Source of the DNA: an uncultured virus (IMG/VR IMGVR_UViG_3300035498_000413) | Taxonomy: Duplodnaviria; Heunggongvirae; Uroviricota; Caudoviricetes | Direction: 5' to 3' (one strand) | Length of the DNA stretch: 20,000 nt | Virus record (IMG/VR): IMGVR_UViG_3300035498_000413 | Coordinates: 56,611-76,610 of that record | Shown: positions 1-7,454 of the stretch, piece after piece | Layout of the letters: the number at the start of each line of letters is the position of its first letter | Numbering within the stretch: the first letter of the stretch is position 1 | The notes under the pieces: model-generated | What the model was told of the DNA's origin: nothing | What the model saw: only the letters and a program-made list of their open reading frames with translations | The model's database searches: none | Made by a program: the position numbers and the translations under genes

Positions 1-603
1 TTTTGCTTCTTTAACCTGGGTCCAAGGAATTTCCTTCAAAGAAGCCTCATAGTTCTTAGTAGCCATGTAATTCAGCAGAAGATATTCAAGTCGGAACAGA
101 TGGCTGAGACACTTGGAATAATCTTCTCTTCCATCACGGATTCTCTTATGCTCATTCTTGGCCATACCTCGAATATTGTTGGCTAAAGCAAGAGGATGAA
201 GTCTTACAAGATCTTCGCGTGCGGCGGTGAGTAGGTCCCATTCATCCTTATACTTAGGATTCACGATTTTATAATCCGTGAACAAAGTTTCAAGAATCGA
301 GATACTCGGCTTCGTAAGACTCTGATACCAAAGTCTAATGTCCTTAACCACGATATGCCACGTATCATTGGTGGTAGTTTCATAAGTAACCATCTCACCA
401 TTGATAAGCTGGTCAAGAGTAGGAGTTACAAGAAGAACAGTATCAACATCGGACTGCTCAGTATCAAGCCCATAGTTGCCAGAGCCGTAGTAGAACAGCC
501 CTACGATGTTATTCTCTTTTACGCAGCGGTCCGCGCACAGCGCATAAATTTCTTCCATGCGAGCCATAATCCATTCATCAGAGTGAAAATTCTTCATAAC
601 CAT
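1..603 (-). CDS. Pol-beta superfamily nucleotidyltransferase (RlaP/Nuc-transf-like); runs off the window edge
   Basis: Not in the ORF track. Manual translation from ATG at 603: MVMKNFHSDEWIM...GLFYYGSGNYGLDTEQSDVDTVLLVTP...VKDIRLW...ILETLFT. The GSxNYGL...SDxD motif is typical of this family. AAGGA RBS upstream. Confidence 0.75.
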   Translation of the reverse strand, partial: MVMKNFHSDEWIMARMEEIYALCADRCVKENNIVGLFYYGSGNYGLDTEQSDVDTVLLVTPTLDQLINGEMVTYETTTNDTWHIVVKDIRLWYQSLTKPSISILETLFTDYKIVNPKYKDEWDLLTAAREDLVRLHPLALANNIRGMAKNEHKRIRDGREDYSKCLSHLFRLEYLLLNYMATKNYEASLKEIPWTQVKEAK

Positions 604-613
604 CAATCCTTTC

Positions 614-1213
614 TCAAACAATAATAATTGGTTCTACTTCTTGATTCGTGCTTAAAATACAAAAAGGACGTTGTACTCCCTCACATAGCTCTTCTGCTGC
701 TTCAAGAGCGTAAGTAATATGTTCAACTGGAGTTAGCTTATCTTTAAAATGCTTTGTCGTAGTAATTAGACTTGCTAGTGCTGCATTTTCACCACAACCA
801 ACCGCCGCAAATCCAGAATTCGATCGCAAAACAGAATAATCACTTTGAATTTCAAATAGCTTATCTTCTACTCCAAGGAGGAAGTTTCCACCTCGTTCTT
901 CGCTAGGCTTATCAATAATATTTTCTTGAAATAAAGTTATTAGATTAGGAATAAAAGTTTTAACCATATATTTATGGTCAATATCTTTTCCTTTATACCA
1001 ATCAATTTCAGGAAAAAGTTTTTCACTATACTTTAACAAATCCATATGGCGAAACGACCCTGTGCTTCCCATAATGACATTTTTAAATGTATCATGTCTA
1101 AATACTTTTGGCAAAGCTTGTACGTCTTTAGTATAACCATTACTACCTAAGGCATCTCCGCCTATCCAAACCTGATTAGTTTCTTTATCTGTAAATCCAA
1201 CAATGCAAGTCAT
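614..1213 (-). CDS. HslV/proteasome-beta-like Ntn-hydrolase (Thr protease)
   Basis: Begins MTCIVG (Thr becomes N-terminal nucleophile after Met removal); GGD, PKVF and AAVGCG match Ntn protease motifs. TGA stop. Confidence 0.75.
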   Translation of the reverse strand: MTCIVGFTDKETNQVWIGGDALGSNGYTKDVQALPKVFRHDTFKNVIMGSTGSFRHMDLLKYSEKLFPEIDWYKGKDIDHKYMVKTFIPNLITLFQENIIDKPSEERGGNFLLGVEDKLFEIQSDYSVLRSNSGFAAVGCGENAALASLITTTKHFKDKLTPVEHITYALEAAEELCEGVQRPFCILSTNQEVEPIIIV

Positions 1214-1273
1214 TTCTTCTTTCTCCTTTAACTTTCTATAGATATAATACTATATTTTTTCTATAAAATAAAA

Positions 1274-1609
1274 TCACTTATCTTTCACGATAAATATCTT
1301 ACCCTGTTGTTCTAATACTTCATATCTATTTGAAAAATCAATCATAGAAACTGAATCATCTATCATCACTTGATAATGAGTCTCATATACTGGCTCACTA
1401 GTTAAGTACCCAATAGCTTGAATACCAAAAAAACCAAAAATTGCAGAGCATAAAAGTAATACGTATCCTACACCTCCAAGGGAAGTTACTGCTATAGTTC
1501 CAACCGCACATATCATAAGTATAATAATTATAAATCCTATGAATGTTGCTACAGTCCAATTACGTTCAGCGATAATACTAAATTCATTTAGAATAGTTAC
1601 TCCTTGCAT
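1274..1609 (-). CDS. hypothetical membrane protein (2 TM)
   Basis: Two long hydrophobic segments; overlaps the end of the upstream gene. Confidence 0.7.
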   Translation of the reverse strand: MQGVTILNEFSIIAERNWTVATFIGFIIIILMICAVGTIAVTSLGGVGYVLLLCSAIFGFFGIQAIGYLTSEPVYETHYQVMIDDSVSMIDFSNRYEVLEQQGKIFIVKDK

Positions 1610-2076
1610 CTATTCTCAATCCTTTCTGCAATCTCAACGATCTTATCACCACTAGTTTGAATTTCTTCTTTAGCTTGTTCATGCAGCCTCTCGATATCAC
1701 GTTGTACAGATTTATAAATAGCAATCATTGCCTCATTATTCTTAGCTTGAGTTTCAAGTGCTTTTTTATGTTTAACTAATCTTCTAGTAGCTAAAAAATC
1801 TTCAAAGCTCATTCTAACATAATGACTCTCGAAGTTATCTTCTCTATATCTCCACTGAAAATCACGAGGAAGTTCCCATCTATTTGGATTTACTTCATAC
1901 AAATCTTTAAATATTTCATATGTGATAGTTGGTCCATCATATAAACATTCATAATAACGTTTTTTTATTTTTCTTTTTTCTATAAATTTTACTTTATCGT
2001 TTGAGCAAGCATTAGCGAAAAGAATAATACCAATTATGCCTGCTGAAATTAAAATTACTAAAATTATTCCTAACAT
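1597..2076 (-). CDS. hypothetical protein, N-terminal TM anchor and C-terminal coiled coil
   Basis: Hydrophobic N-terminus MLGIILVILISAGIIGIILF; AAGGA RBS; promoter at 2100-2128. Confidence 0.7.
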   Translation of the reverse strand: MLGIILVILISAGIIGIILFANACSNDKVKFIEKRKIKKRYYECLYDGPTITYEIFKDLYEVNPNRWELPRDFQWRYREDNFESHYVRMSFEDFLATRRLVKHKKALETQAKNNEAMIAIYKSVQRDIERLHEQAKEEIQTSGDKIVEIAERIENRCKE

Positions 2077-2099
2077 ATTTATTATTTCCTTTTTATTTT

Positions 2100-2128
2100 A
2101 TTATAACATTTTTATTATAAAAAAATAA
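2100..2128 (-). promoter_or_regulatory. sigmaA-type promoter with extended -10
   Basis: TTATTT-17 bp-TATAAT, with TGT immediately before the -10. Confidence 0.55.
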
Positions 2129-2148
2129 AAGGGAGCCGTAGCTCCCTT
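2121..2148 (-). terminator. intrinsic terminator
   Basis: AAGGGAGC-TACG-GCTCCCTT hairpin followed by a T-rich tail on the minus strand, directly at the TAA of 2147..2446. Confidence 0.8.
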
Positions 2149-2446
2149 AATGACAATATCTATCAATCAAAACCTTAGCTTCCTCTGGGTCAGTTAGACT
2201 AAGCAGCTTAGTATCACTCAGCTCGTCCTTATTAAAAACAACGTTCATAAAAGCGCACGTCCAATCTCCGAGTTCAATCCCCTCAAGATCTACCAGCCGC
2301 GCAAGCATTTCGCAAGCGGGGTCGATGATATCATTGAATGGAGAGTAATAAAGATCGGCAGGATAAAGAACTTCACTAATCTTGTCAAGATAATCGGTAT
2401 ACTCAATAATCTTGTGTGCGTAATCGAGATAAATCTTAGCGTCCAT
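2147..2446 (-). CDS. hypothetical protein
   Basis: 99 aa ORF with AGGAGG RBS and TAA stop. Confidence 0.7.
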   Translation of the reverse strand: MDAKIYLDYAHKIIEYTDYLDKISEVLYPADLYYSPFNDIIDPACEMLARLVDLEGIELGDWTCAFMNVVFNKDELSDTKLLSLTDPEEAKVLIDRYCH

Positions 2447-2461
2447 ACTTAAATATCCTCC

Positions 2462-3934
2462 TTATCGAATCATGTCATACTTCTTTAAAGTTTCAAACAT
2501 CAGTTCTTTACCAGTCTTGCCGGTAAGAATAGAATCCAAAATGACCGGGGAGTAACCACTTACAAAAGAAACACCGTTCTTAGGAGCCTCAGGAATAAGG
2601 TTATGTCTAGCATTGACATTCCAATATACAAGATTAGGCATCTTGTATCCATATTCTTCCCATTTGTTTCTAATAGTCTCCATACCAGAGTAAAGGCCCT
2701 CTAAGCTTCTGTAGTTCGTCATACTATCAAATTCCATATCAGAGATAATGATAATATTCTCAGGAAGTTCAGACTGCGGGAGCTGATGCTTTAAGGCGGT
2801 ATTGAGCAGTAGATTAAATACAGCTTCAATATTAGTGTTATCGCAGAGCATATTATCATAGATATTAATTACCTGACTACAGAAATCTTGTCCAGTAATC
2901 TCTACTAGTTCAGGTCGGCTAGAAAAAGAAATATAATGGTTATAGAAAGGACTCCCAGGATTACACTTTCCAGCGCAATACAAACCTAACGAGATTGCAA
3001 CTTCGATCGGGCGTCCGTACATACTACCAGAAGTATCTACCACTGCAATACCATTGAATTTTGCGCCCTTAAAATAGTCGGTAAGATTTCCCCAATACTT
3101 GTTATATATTGCTCTATCTTCTAAGTCAGTATAGTGCATATCATAATAGCTCTTACCCATAACCTTATGCACTACATCAGCAGGATACAGAGTTCCAGCA
3201 TGGACTTTAGTATTCTTAGACTGAATAAATTCCTGATATCGCTCAGAAGTTTCCTTATTCTTCAAAAAAGCTTTAGAATACTTCAAACCAGCCTTAGAAG
3301 GAACAGCCGAGAAATCAATCTCATCCCATCTCTTATCACTCATAAGACGCTCAAGAACGTTAGAATAATTCCGCAATTCTGACAGAGTCTTACGATACAG
3401 CTTGGGAGTCATATGAAGATATTCTCGAATCTTCTTAGCCTTTCTTCGAGTTTCTTGACTAGAAGTATTTTCACTAGGAAGCCATTTAGCAAGAAGGCTA
3501 ATAGAATCTTCCTTAAGAGCGTTCTTAATATCCATCGCAAGCTGTTCTGCGATAAATTGCATAACCTCAGCTTCAACCGGAGTATCAAACAGCTCGAATA
3601 AATCGTCCCATCTACCAAACTCAGGAATATATCCAAGATTCCGCAGAACTGCATCAGGGTCATAATTAGCCAACCACTTCAAACAAACTCGGAAAAAGGC
3701 TCTTTCGCCCTGGCCTCCGCGCGCATCACGCAAGTAAAACAAGCACTTCAAAGCAAAAGTAGGATTCTCTCGATAAGCAGAAGCAAAAAGTGCAATCGTA
3801 TCTTCTTTACTACGCTCTCTATATGCGCCACCAAGGCTAAAGAGATCGAACACTCGATCTGCAGTAGTAGAATAACTCACGCCGCCATTTTCAGTATAAG
3901 TCTTAGATGCTTCAATCTTTAATTCATTTAACAT
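2462..3934 (-). CDS. DUF2828-family TROVE/Ro60-like + vWA protein
   Basis: Motifs TENG, RDARGGQGER, GRWDDL, AKWLP, vWA MIDAS VVDTSGSM, SDMEFD and VYWN. The start is moved to ATG 3934 (MLNELK) because of an AAGGAG RBS and because the longer ORF overlaps the promoter. Confidence 0.85.
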   Translation of the reverse strand: MLNELKIEASKTYTENGGVSYSTTADRVFDLFSLGGAYRERSKEDTIALFASAYRENPTFALKCLFYLRDARGGQGERAFFRVCLKWLANYDPDAVLRNLGYIPEFGRWDDLFELFDTPVEAEVMQFIAEQLAMDIKNALKEDSISLLAKWLPSENTSSQETRRKAKKIREYLHMTPKLYRKTLSELRNYSNVLERLMSDKRWDEIDFSAVPSKAGLKYSKAFLKNKETSERYQEFIQSKNTKVHAGTLYPADVVHKVMGKSYYDMHYTDLEDRAIYNKYWGNLTDYFKGAKFNGIAVVDTSGSMYGRPIEVAISLGLYCAGKCNPGSPFYNHYISFSSRPELVEITGQDFCSQVINIYDNMLCDNTNIEAVFNLLLNTALKHQLPQSELPENIIIISDMEFDSMTNYRSLEGLYSGMETIRNKWEEYGYKMPNLVYWNVNARHNLIPEAPKNGVSFVSGYSPVILDSILTGKTGKELMFETLKKYDMIR

Positions 3935-4000
3935 ATAAAATCTCCTTTTTGCTGACTTTTCTTTTTTCAAGAAAAGTATCTCTCTTAACTTTCTATATAC

Positions 4001-4029
4001 ATTATACAATTTTTATAATAAAATTTCAA
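4001..4029 (-). promoter_or_regulatory. sigmaA-type promoter
   Basis: TTGAAA-17 bp-TATAAT followed by GTATATAGAAAGTT. Confidence 0.75.
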
Positions 4030-4556
4030 GTAATTTCTTTTCTAAAATAAGTATAAACGCATCGACATGAAGGATGATAAGGAGGAATTTCTTTTATTTC
4101 AGAGACAGGGACTGGAGGTCCGTCAAACGTATCGGCGCAATAACCGCAACAATCCTCGGCATGAAGAATTTCGCCATACATATCAGGAATATCCTTAAAT
4201 AAGTTATAAGCAATTCTATTCACAATAGTATAACACTCATTATCAAGAATCAAAAGACAATGATATAGAGCTAGATTGCGGTCGCCGCAGTTCAGCCACT
4301 CCCGCACTCGAGATTCAAAGGTTTCCATATCATCATAGGTTACTGAAAATACAGCTATGTCGCCGGGGACTTCAATCTCGTATTCTGTAGTAATATATTT
4401 TATACACATAGCTAATACTTTTTCAAAAGAATCGTAGTATTCGTCGAACAATTCTTCACCTTTTCCTTCTGTTTTAAAATATCGAAGGACTGCTTTAGCT
4501 ATTGTGTTCTCTTGTTTTAAGAGATATTTCTCTATTTGTTCAATTAATTCTTTCAT
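4026..4556 (-). CDS. protein with SPP1 gp7/Mu gpF-like Zn-binding C-terminal motif
   Basis: CCGYC...PPYHPSCRC matches the C..C...PPxHPxCRC motif of MuF-type head morphogenesis proteins; short (176 aa). Confidence 0.55.
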   Translation of the reverse strand: MKELIEQIEKYLLKQENTIAKAVLRYFKTEGKGEELFDEYYDSFEKVLAMCIKYITTEYEIEVPGDIAVFSVTYDDMETFESRVREWLNCGDRNLALYHCLLILDNECYTIVNRIAYNLFKDIPDMYGEILHAEDCCGYCADTFDGPPVPVSEIKEIPPYHPSCRCVYTYFRKEIT

Positions 4557-4562
4557 TACTTT

Positions 4563-5153
4563 TCACGAACTGCTAGATGTTTGGCTACAATCTGTAGTAC
4601 AGGTATTTCCGCTTTTACACTTGGAGCTTGTTGTATTACCTGATTTACATAAGTTACAGCCTTTACAGCTATCACAAGTATTGCAACCAGTATTGCAAAC
4701 AGTACACTGATTTTTTTCATAAGTTAAATCATTAGCTTTATTGGCTAAATCTTCAAAATAAGAGCCATAAATATAAGTTTTTCCTGCTGTTGCTCTTTTG
4801 GAGCTTCCCACTAATGCAGCATAATTATTAAACCAAGATGCTTTAACTTCTTTATCAGTTTGTGTTGTAATTCCGCTGGTACTCTTGCCCCCAATACCTT
4901 TAGATCTTAAAGCTTTAACATATGCAGGAAGCCTATTCCAATCGGTAAGTTTAATTAATTCACTTCCAGCAGTTACCCCGCCATTCCATGCAAACTTATT
5001 AGAGCAATCGATACTATAAACTTCTTGAACTTTACAATACGTTTGTGCATCATCACAGGTTGTACAATTACCATTGTCACAATTATTACAACTATCATTA
5101 CAAGTATTGCAGCCATCGCAGTCTTGACAGCTAACACAAGTTTCACAACTCAT
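4563..5153 (-). CDS. Cys-rich (Cxx)n protein, candidate radical SAM substrate
   Basis: Start ATG 5153 (MSCETCVSCQDC) with AAGGAG RBS; 196 aa; 22 Cys in two terminal clusters; overlaps the rSAM stop codon. Confidence 0.75.
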   Translation of the reverse strand: MSCETCVSCQDCDGCNTCNDSCNNCDNGNCTTCDDAQTYCKVQEVYSIDCSNKFAWNGGVTAGSELIKLTDWNRLPAYVKALRSKGIGGKSTSGITTQTDKEVKASWFNNYAALVGSSKRATAGKTYIYGSYFEDLANKANDLTYEKNQCTVCNTGCNTCDSCKGCNLCKSGNTTSSKCKSGNTCTTDCSQTSSSS

Positions 5154-6798
5154 TTTTCTTCTCCTTTCTACAATAATTTTTATAATGACATTCATTATCT
5201 AAATAATCTTTAAAAACTAAGTTATTTTCTTCTACTAAACATTTCATCATATTAACAGCGTGTTTAAACAAAATTTGGTTCCACCTACAAGCTACTTCTG
5301 GATTGATAAAGAAATCTTCATAAGTATCATAGTTAGAAGAAGGACAACCATTGGTCTGGCACACCTGCCGTAAGGGGCAAGTTTTGCAGAGTTCAGGCTT
5401 CTCACACTCATTTATTGCTTCTTTTGTATATTCATCTAACAAAGCTTCATGCTTTTTTCTATCTACGCCATTCCAAATATCACCGATAAAGAAGAAACTA
5501 TTTCCATAAGAATCTTGCTCTTGACAAGCATAAATTCTACCATCATAAGAAATAGAAGCAGAAGTAGTACCAAGGCCGCATCTAAAAGGCTCGCGATGAA
5601 TAGAAACATTATTAAATCTATTATGATAGAACTGTAAATCTCTATTTAATATATCTTCATAAGTTTTATCAATACGAGAGAAAGAAGTAAAAGGTTTATG
5701 ACCCTCAGAAAACTGTAGATACATCAACGCAAAAATCTTCTCTACTTCTTCATCAAGTTTTTGAATATTTTCTTCTGACCAAGTTTCTCTACCATTAGGC
5801 ATTGTAAAGAAATTGCGGAAACCGTGCTCCATAGCGAAAACATACGAGTTAAAAGTGCCATCAACTGTAGCTTGGTCAATGGTTGCTCTCATAGTGGTGT
5901 TTGGAAAATTCTGTAATAAATAGGAAATATTGGAAGCCGCCGCCTCATAACTACTTTGCCCATTCCGCATTGGACGATTTTTATCTTGAACTTCTTTAGG
6001 ACCATCGAAAGAAAGATGGGGATAGATATCATACTTCCGCATAAAATCAATTCTTTCCTTGTCTAGCAGCGTCCCATTAGTGGTCATTGTAAGAGTAATA
6101 GTATCTCCATATTTCTCTCTAATATGCTTAGTCAGCGGCACAATAATACTATCCCACATTATAGTAGGTTCACCGCCAAAGTAAGTAATAGAAGGATCTT
6201 GCTTAATTCCAGTTAATTCTTCCTTTTGTTTAACATTATTCATTAAAAAATCAACGCTTTGTTCTGCAATTTCGTAAGTCATATAGTGGTTACATTGCTT
6301 AACAAAGCAGTTATGAACAGCAAAACCATCTGCAAAATAAGTATGTTCACTAGTCTCAAAATTATAAACCTGCGTAGTTTCAAAAATTTCTTCGACAGAT
6401 TCAATTATAGAACTATATAGCCCTATATCTCCAAATATGTAAGCCACATCGATCCCAGGCTTTAAATCTTTTACCTGGGTCCATTTATTTACTCCAGTTA
6501 AGATAGGATGATTTCCTGTAAGATAAATTTTATGTTTATCCTTCGTAACAATTTTAAATAAAGTTCTAGCTTCTCTTACAAAAATATTAAGAACTTTAGT
6601 TGTTTTTACTCTATGGGGAGCTTCTTCTTCAAACCCCATAACTCTATCAGCGATTTCAATATCTTCAATATTTTTCGTGCTACCATCAGCCATTAAGATC
6701 TTAGTGCCGGCTGGTGCGCAATACTTGCATTCTAGGTTACACGCGTCAGTGAGGTTCAAACACACGCTACTAAAAAACGGGTAATGTTCTTTATACAT
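5143..6798 (-). CDS. radical SAM/SPASM enzyme containing a mini-intein
   Basis: CNLECKY[intein]CF gives CxxxCxxC; also FGGEP, TTNGTLL, SFDG; SPASM region CGLG...DGRIYAC...IGDI...CKTCPLRQVCQTNGC...C. Confidence 0.92.
   Translation of the reverse strand: MYKEHYPFFSSVCLNLTDACNLECKYCAPAGTKILMADGSTKNIEDIEIADRVMGFEEEAPHRVKTTKVLNIFVREARTLFKIVTKDKHKIYLTGNHPILTGVNKWTQVKDLKPGIDVAYIFGDIGLYSSIIESVEEIFETTQVYNFETSEHTYFADGFAVHNCFVKQCNHYMTYEIAEQSVDFLMNNVKQKEELTGIKQDPSITYFGGEPTIMWDSIIVPLTKHIREKYGDTITLTMTTNGTLLDKERIDFMRKYDIYPHLSFDGPKEVQDKNRPMRNGQSSYEAAASNISYLLQNFPNTTMRATIDQATVDGTFNSYVFAMEHGFRNFFTMPNGRETWSEENIQKLDEEVEKIFALMYLQFSEGHKPFTSFSRIDKTYEDILNRDLQFYHNRFNNVSIHREPFRCGLGTTSASISYDGRIYACQEQDSYGNSFFFIGDIWNGVDRKKHEALLDEYTKEAINECEKPELCKTCPLRQVCQTNGCPSSNYDTYEDFFINPEVACRWNQILFKHAVNMMKCLVEENNLVFKDYLDNECHYKNYCRKEKKNEL
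6310..6720 (-). mobile_element. mini-intein (137 aa, no homing endonuclease)
   Basis: Block A CAPAGTKILMADG, block B LTGNHPIL, block F VYNFET, block G HTYFADGFAVHN followed by Cys+1. Confidence 0.92.
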
Positions 6799-6810
6799 AA
6801 TTTCTCCTAT

Positions 6811-6840
6811 AAAAAATAAAGGGAGGTTTCCCTCCCTTTT
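6811..6840 (-). terminator. intrinsic terminator after the suppressor tRNA (possibly bidirectional)
   Basis: AAAGGGAGG-GAAA-CCTCCCTTT hairpin with T tracts on both strands. Confidence 0.8.
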
Positions 6841-6844
6841 AGTC

Positions 6845-6919
6845 TGGCAGAGGCGCTTCAGAATCGAACCAAGACCCGAGGGGTTAGAGCCCTCTGTGCT
6901 ACCATTACACTACACCTCC
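6845..6919 (-). tRNA. amber suppressor tRNA, anticodon CUA (probably Gln-charged)
   Basis: GGAGGTG TA GTGT AATGGTA GCAC A GAGGG CT[CTA]AC CCCTC GGGT CTTGG TTCGATT CTGAAG CGCCTCT G CCA. G73; 1-nt bulge in the T stem. Confidence 0.9.
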
Positions 6920-7020
6920 ATATGTAAGATAGCTTATTTAGTCTTTAGGTTCTTTCTACATTATTTTCTACATTTAATTTTTCCGATTCTTTTCTCTATT
7001 GCTATCTAATTTATATAATT

Positions 7021-7072
7021 GATAAGATTTGTTAAAACATCATCGCCACGAGAAGGCTCTTATCTTGATGAC
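7021..7072 (-). ncRNA. minimal HDV-like (theta) self-cleaving ribozyme
   Basis: P1 GTCATC/GATGAT with a G-U wobble at G1, P2 GATAAGA/TCTTATC, P3 GCC/GGC, L3 TTCTCGT, J4/2 ...TAACAAA. G1 lies 2 nt after the tRNA-Ser discriminator. Confidence 0.85.
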
Positions 7073-7073
7073 G

Positions 7074-7159
7074 CGGAGCGAGAGGGATTCGAACCCCCGT
7101 GTCTCGTAGACACGCTAGTTTTCAAGACTAGGCTGTTATGACCGCTTCAGTACCGCTCC
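7074..7159 (-). tRNA. tRNA-Ser(UGA), no encoded CCA
   Basis: Cloverleaf with CTAGT CT[TGA]AA ACTAG, long variable arm and G73; followed by CGT rather than CCA. Confidence 0.93.
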
Positions 7160-7162
7160 GTT

Positions 7163-7236
7163 TGGAGGTAGATGCCTGAATCGAACAGGCAACAAGATAT
7201 TACAAGTATCTCGTTTTACCATTAAACTAATCTACC
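7163..7236 (-). tRNA. tRNA-Thr(UGU)
   Basis: GGTAGAT...AGATA CT[TGT]AA TATCT...TTCGATT...ATCTACC T CCA. Confidence 0.92.
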
Positions 7237-7359
7237 ATAAAGAGCCCAGGCTACGTTCCACAGCTCGATGGAGGATTTGGGTTCCTCGTTAACCAACCCT
7301 TTTTCAAACACCCATAAAAGTAAACCTTGTTGTAGCTTCGTTCCCTTAACTACAATAAT

Positions 7360-7388
7360 ATTATATGATATTTTTTTTGAAATTTCAA
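7360..7388 (-). promoter_or_regulatory. sigmaA-type promoter driving the Thr-Ser-ribozyme-suppressor tRNA unit
   Basis: TTGAAA-17 bp-TATAAT. Confidence 0.78.
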
Positions 7389-7420
7389 AGATTTTTGTAA
7401 AAAAGATCCTTAAATCTAAA

Positions 7421-7450
7421 GAAAAAAGGGGACTCATAAACGAGTCCCCT
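7421..7450 (-). terminator. intrinsic terminator ending the structural cassette
   Basis: AGGGGACTC-GTTTAT-GAGTCCCCT followed by TTTTT; 4 nt after the TGA of the recoded gene. Confidence 0.85.
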
Positions 7451-7454
7451 AATA

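Noticed and set aside
6845..6919. Pyrrolysine tRNA / TAG=Pyl
   Set aside because: It has canonical D-loop GG and TTCGA T-loop, a 5-bp anticodon stem and a Gln-like body. No pyl genes are in the window, and the motif context favours Gln.
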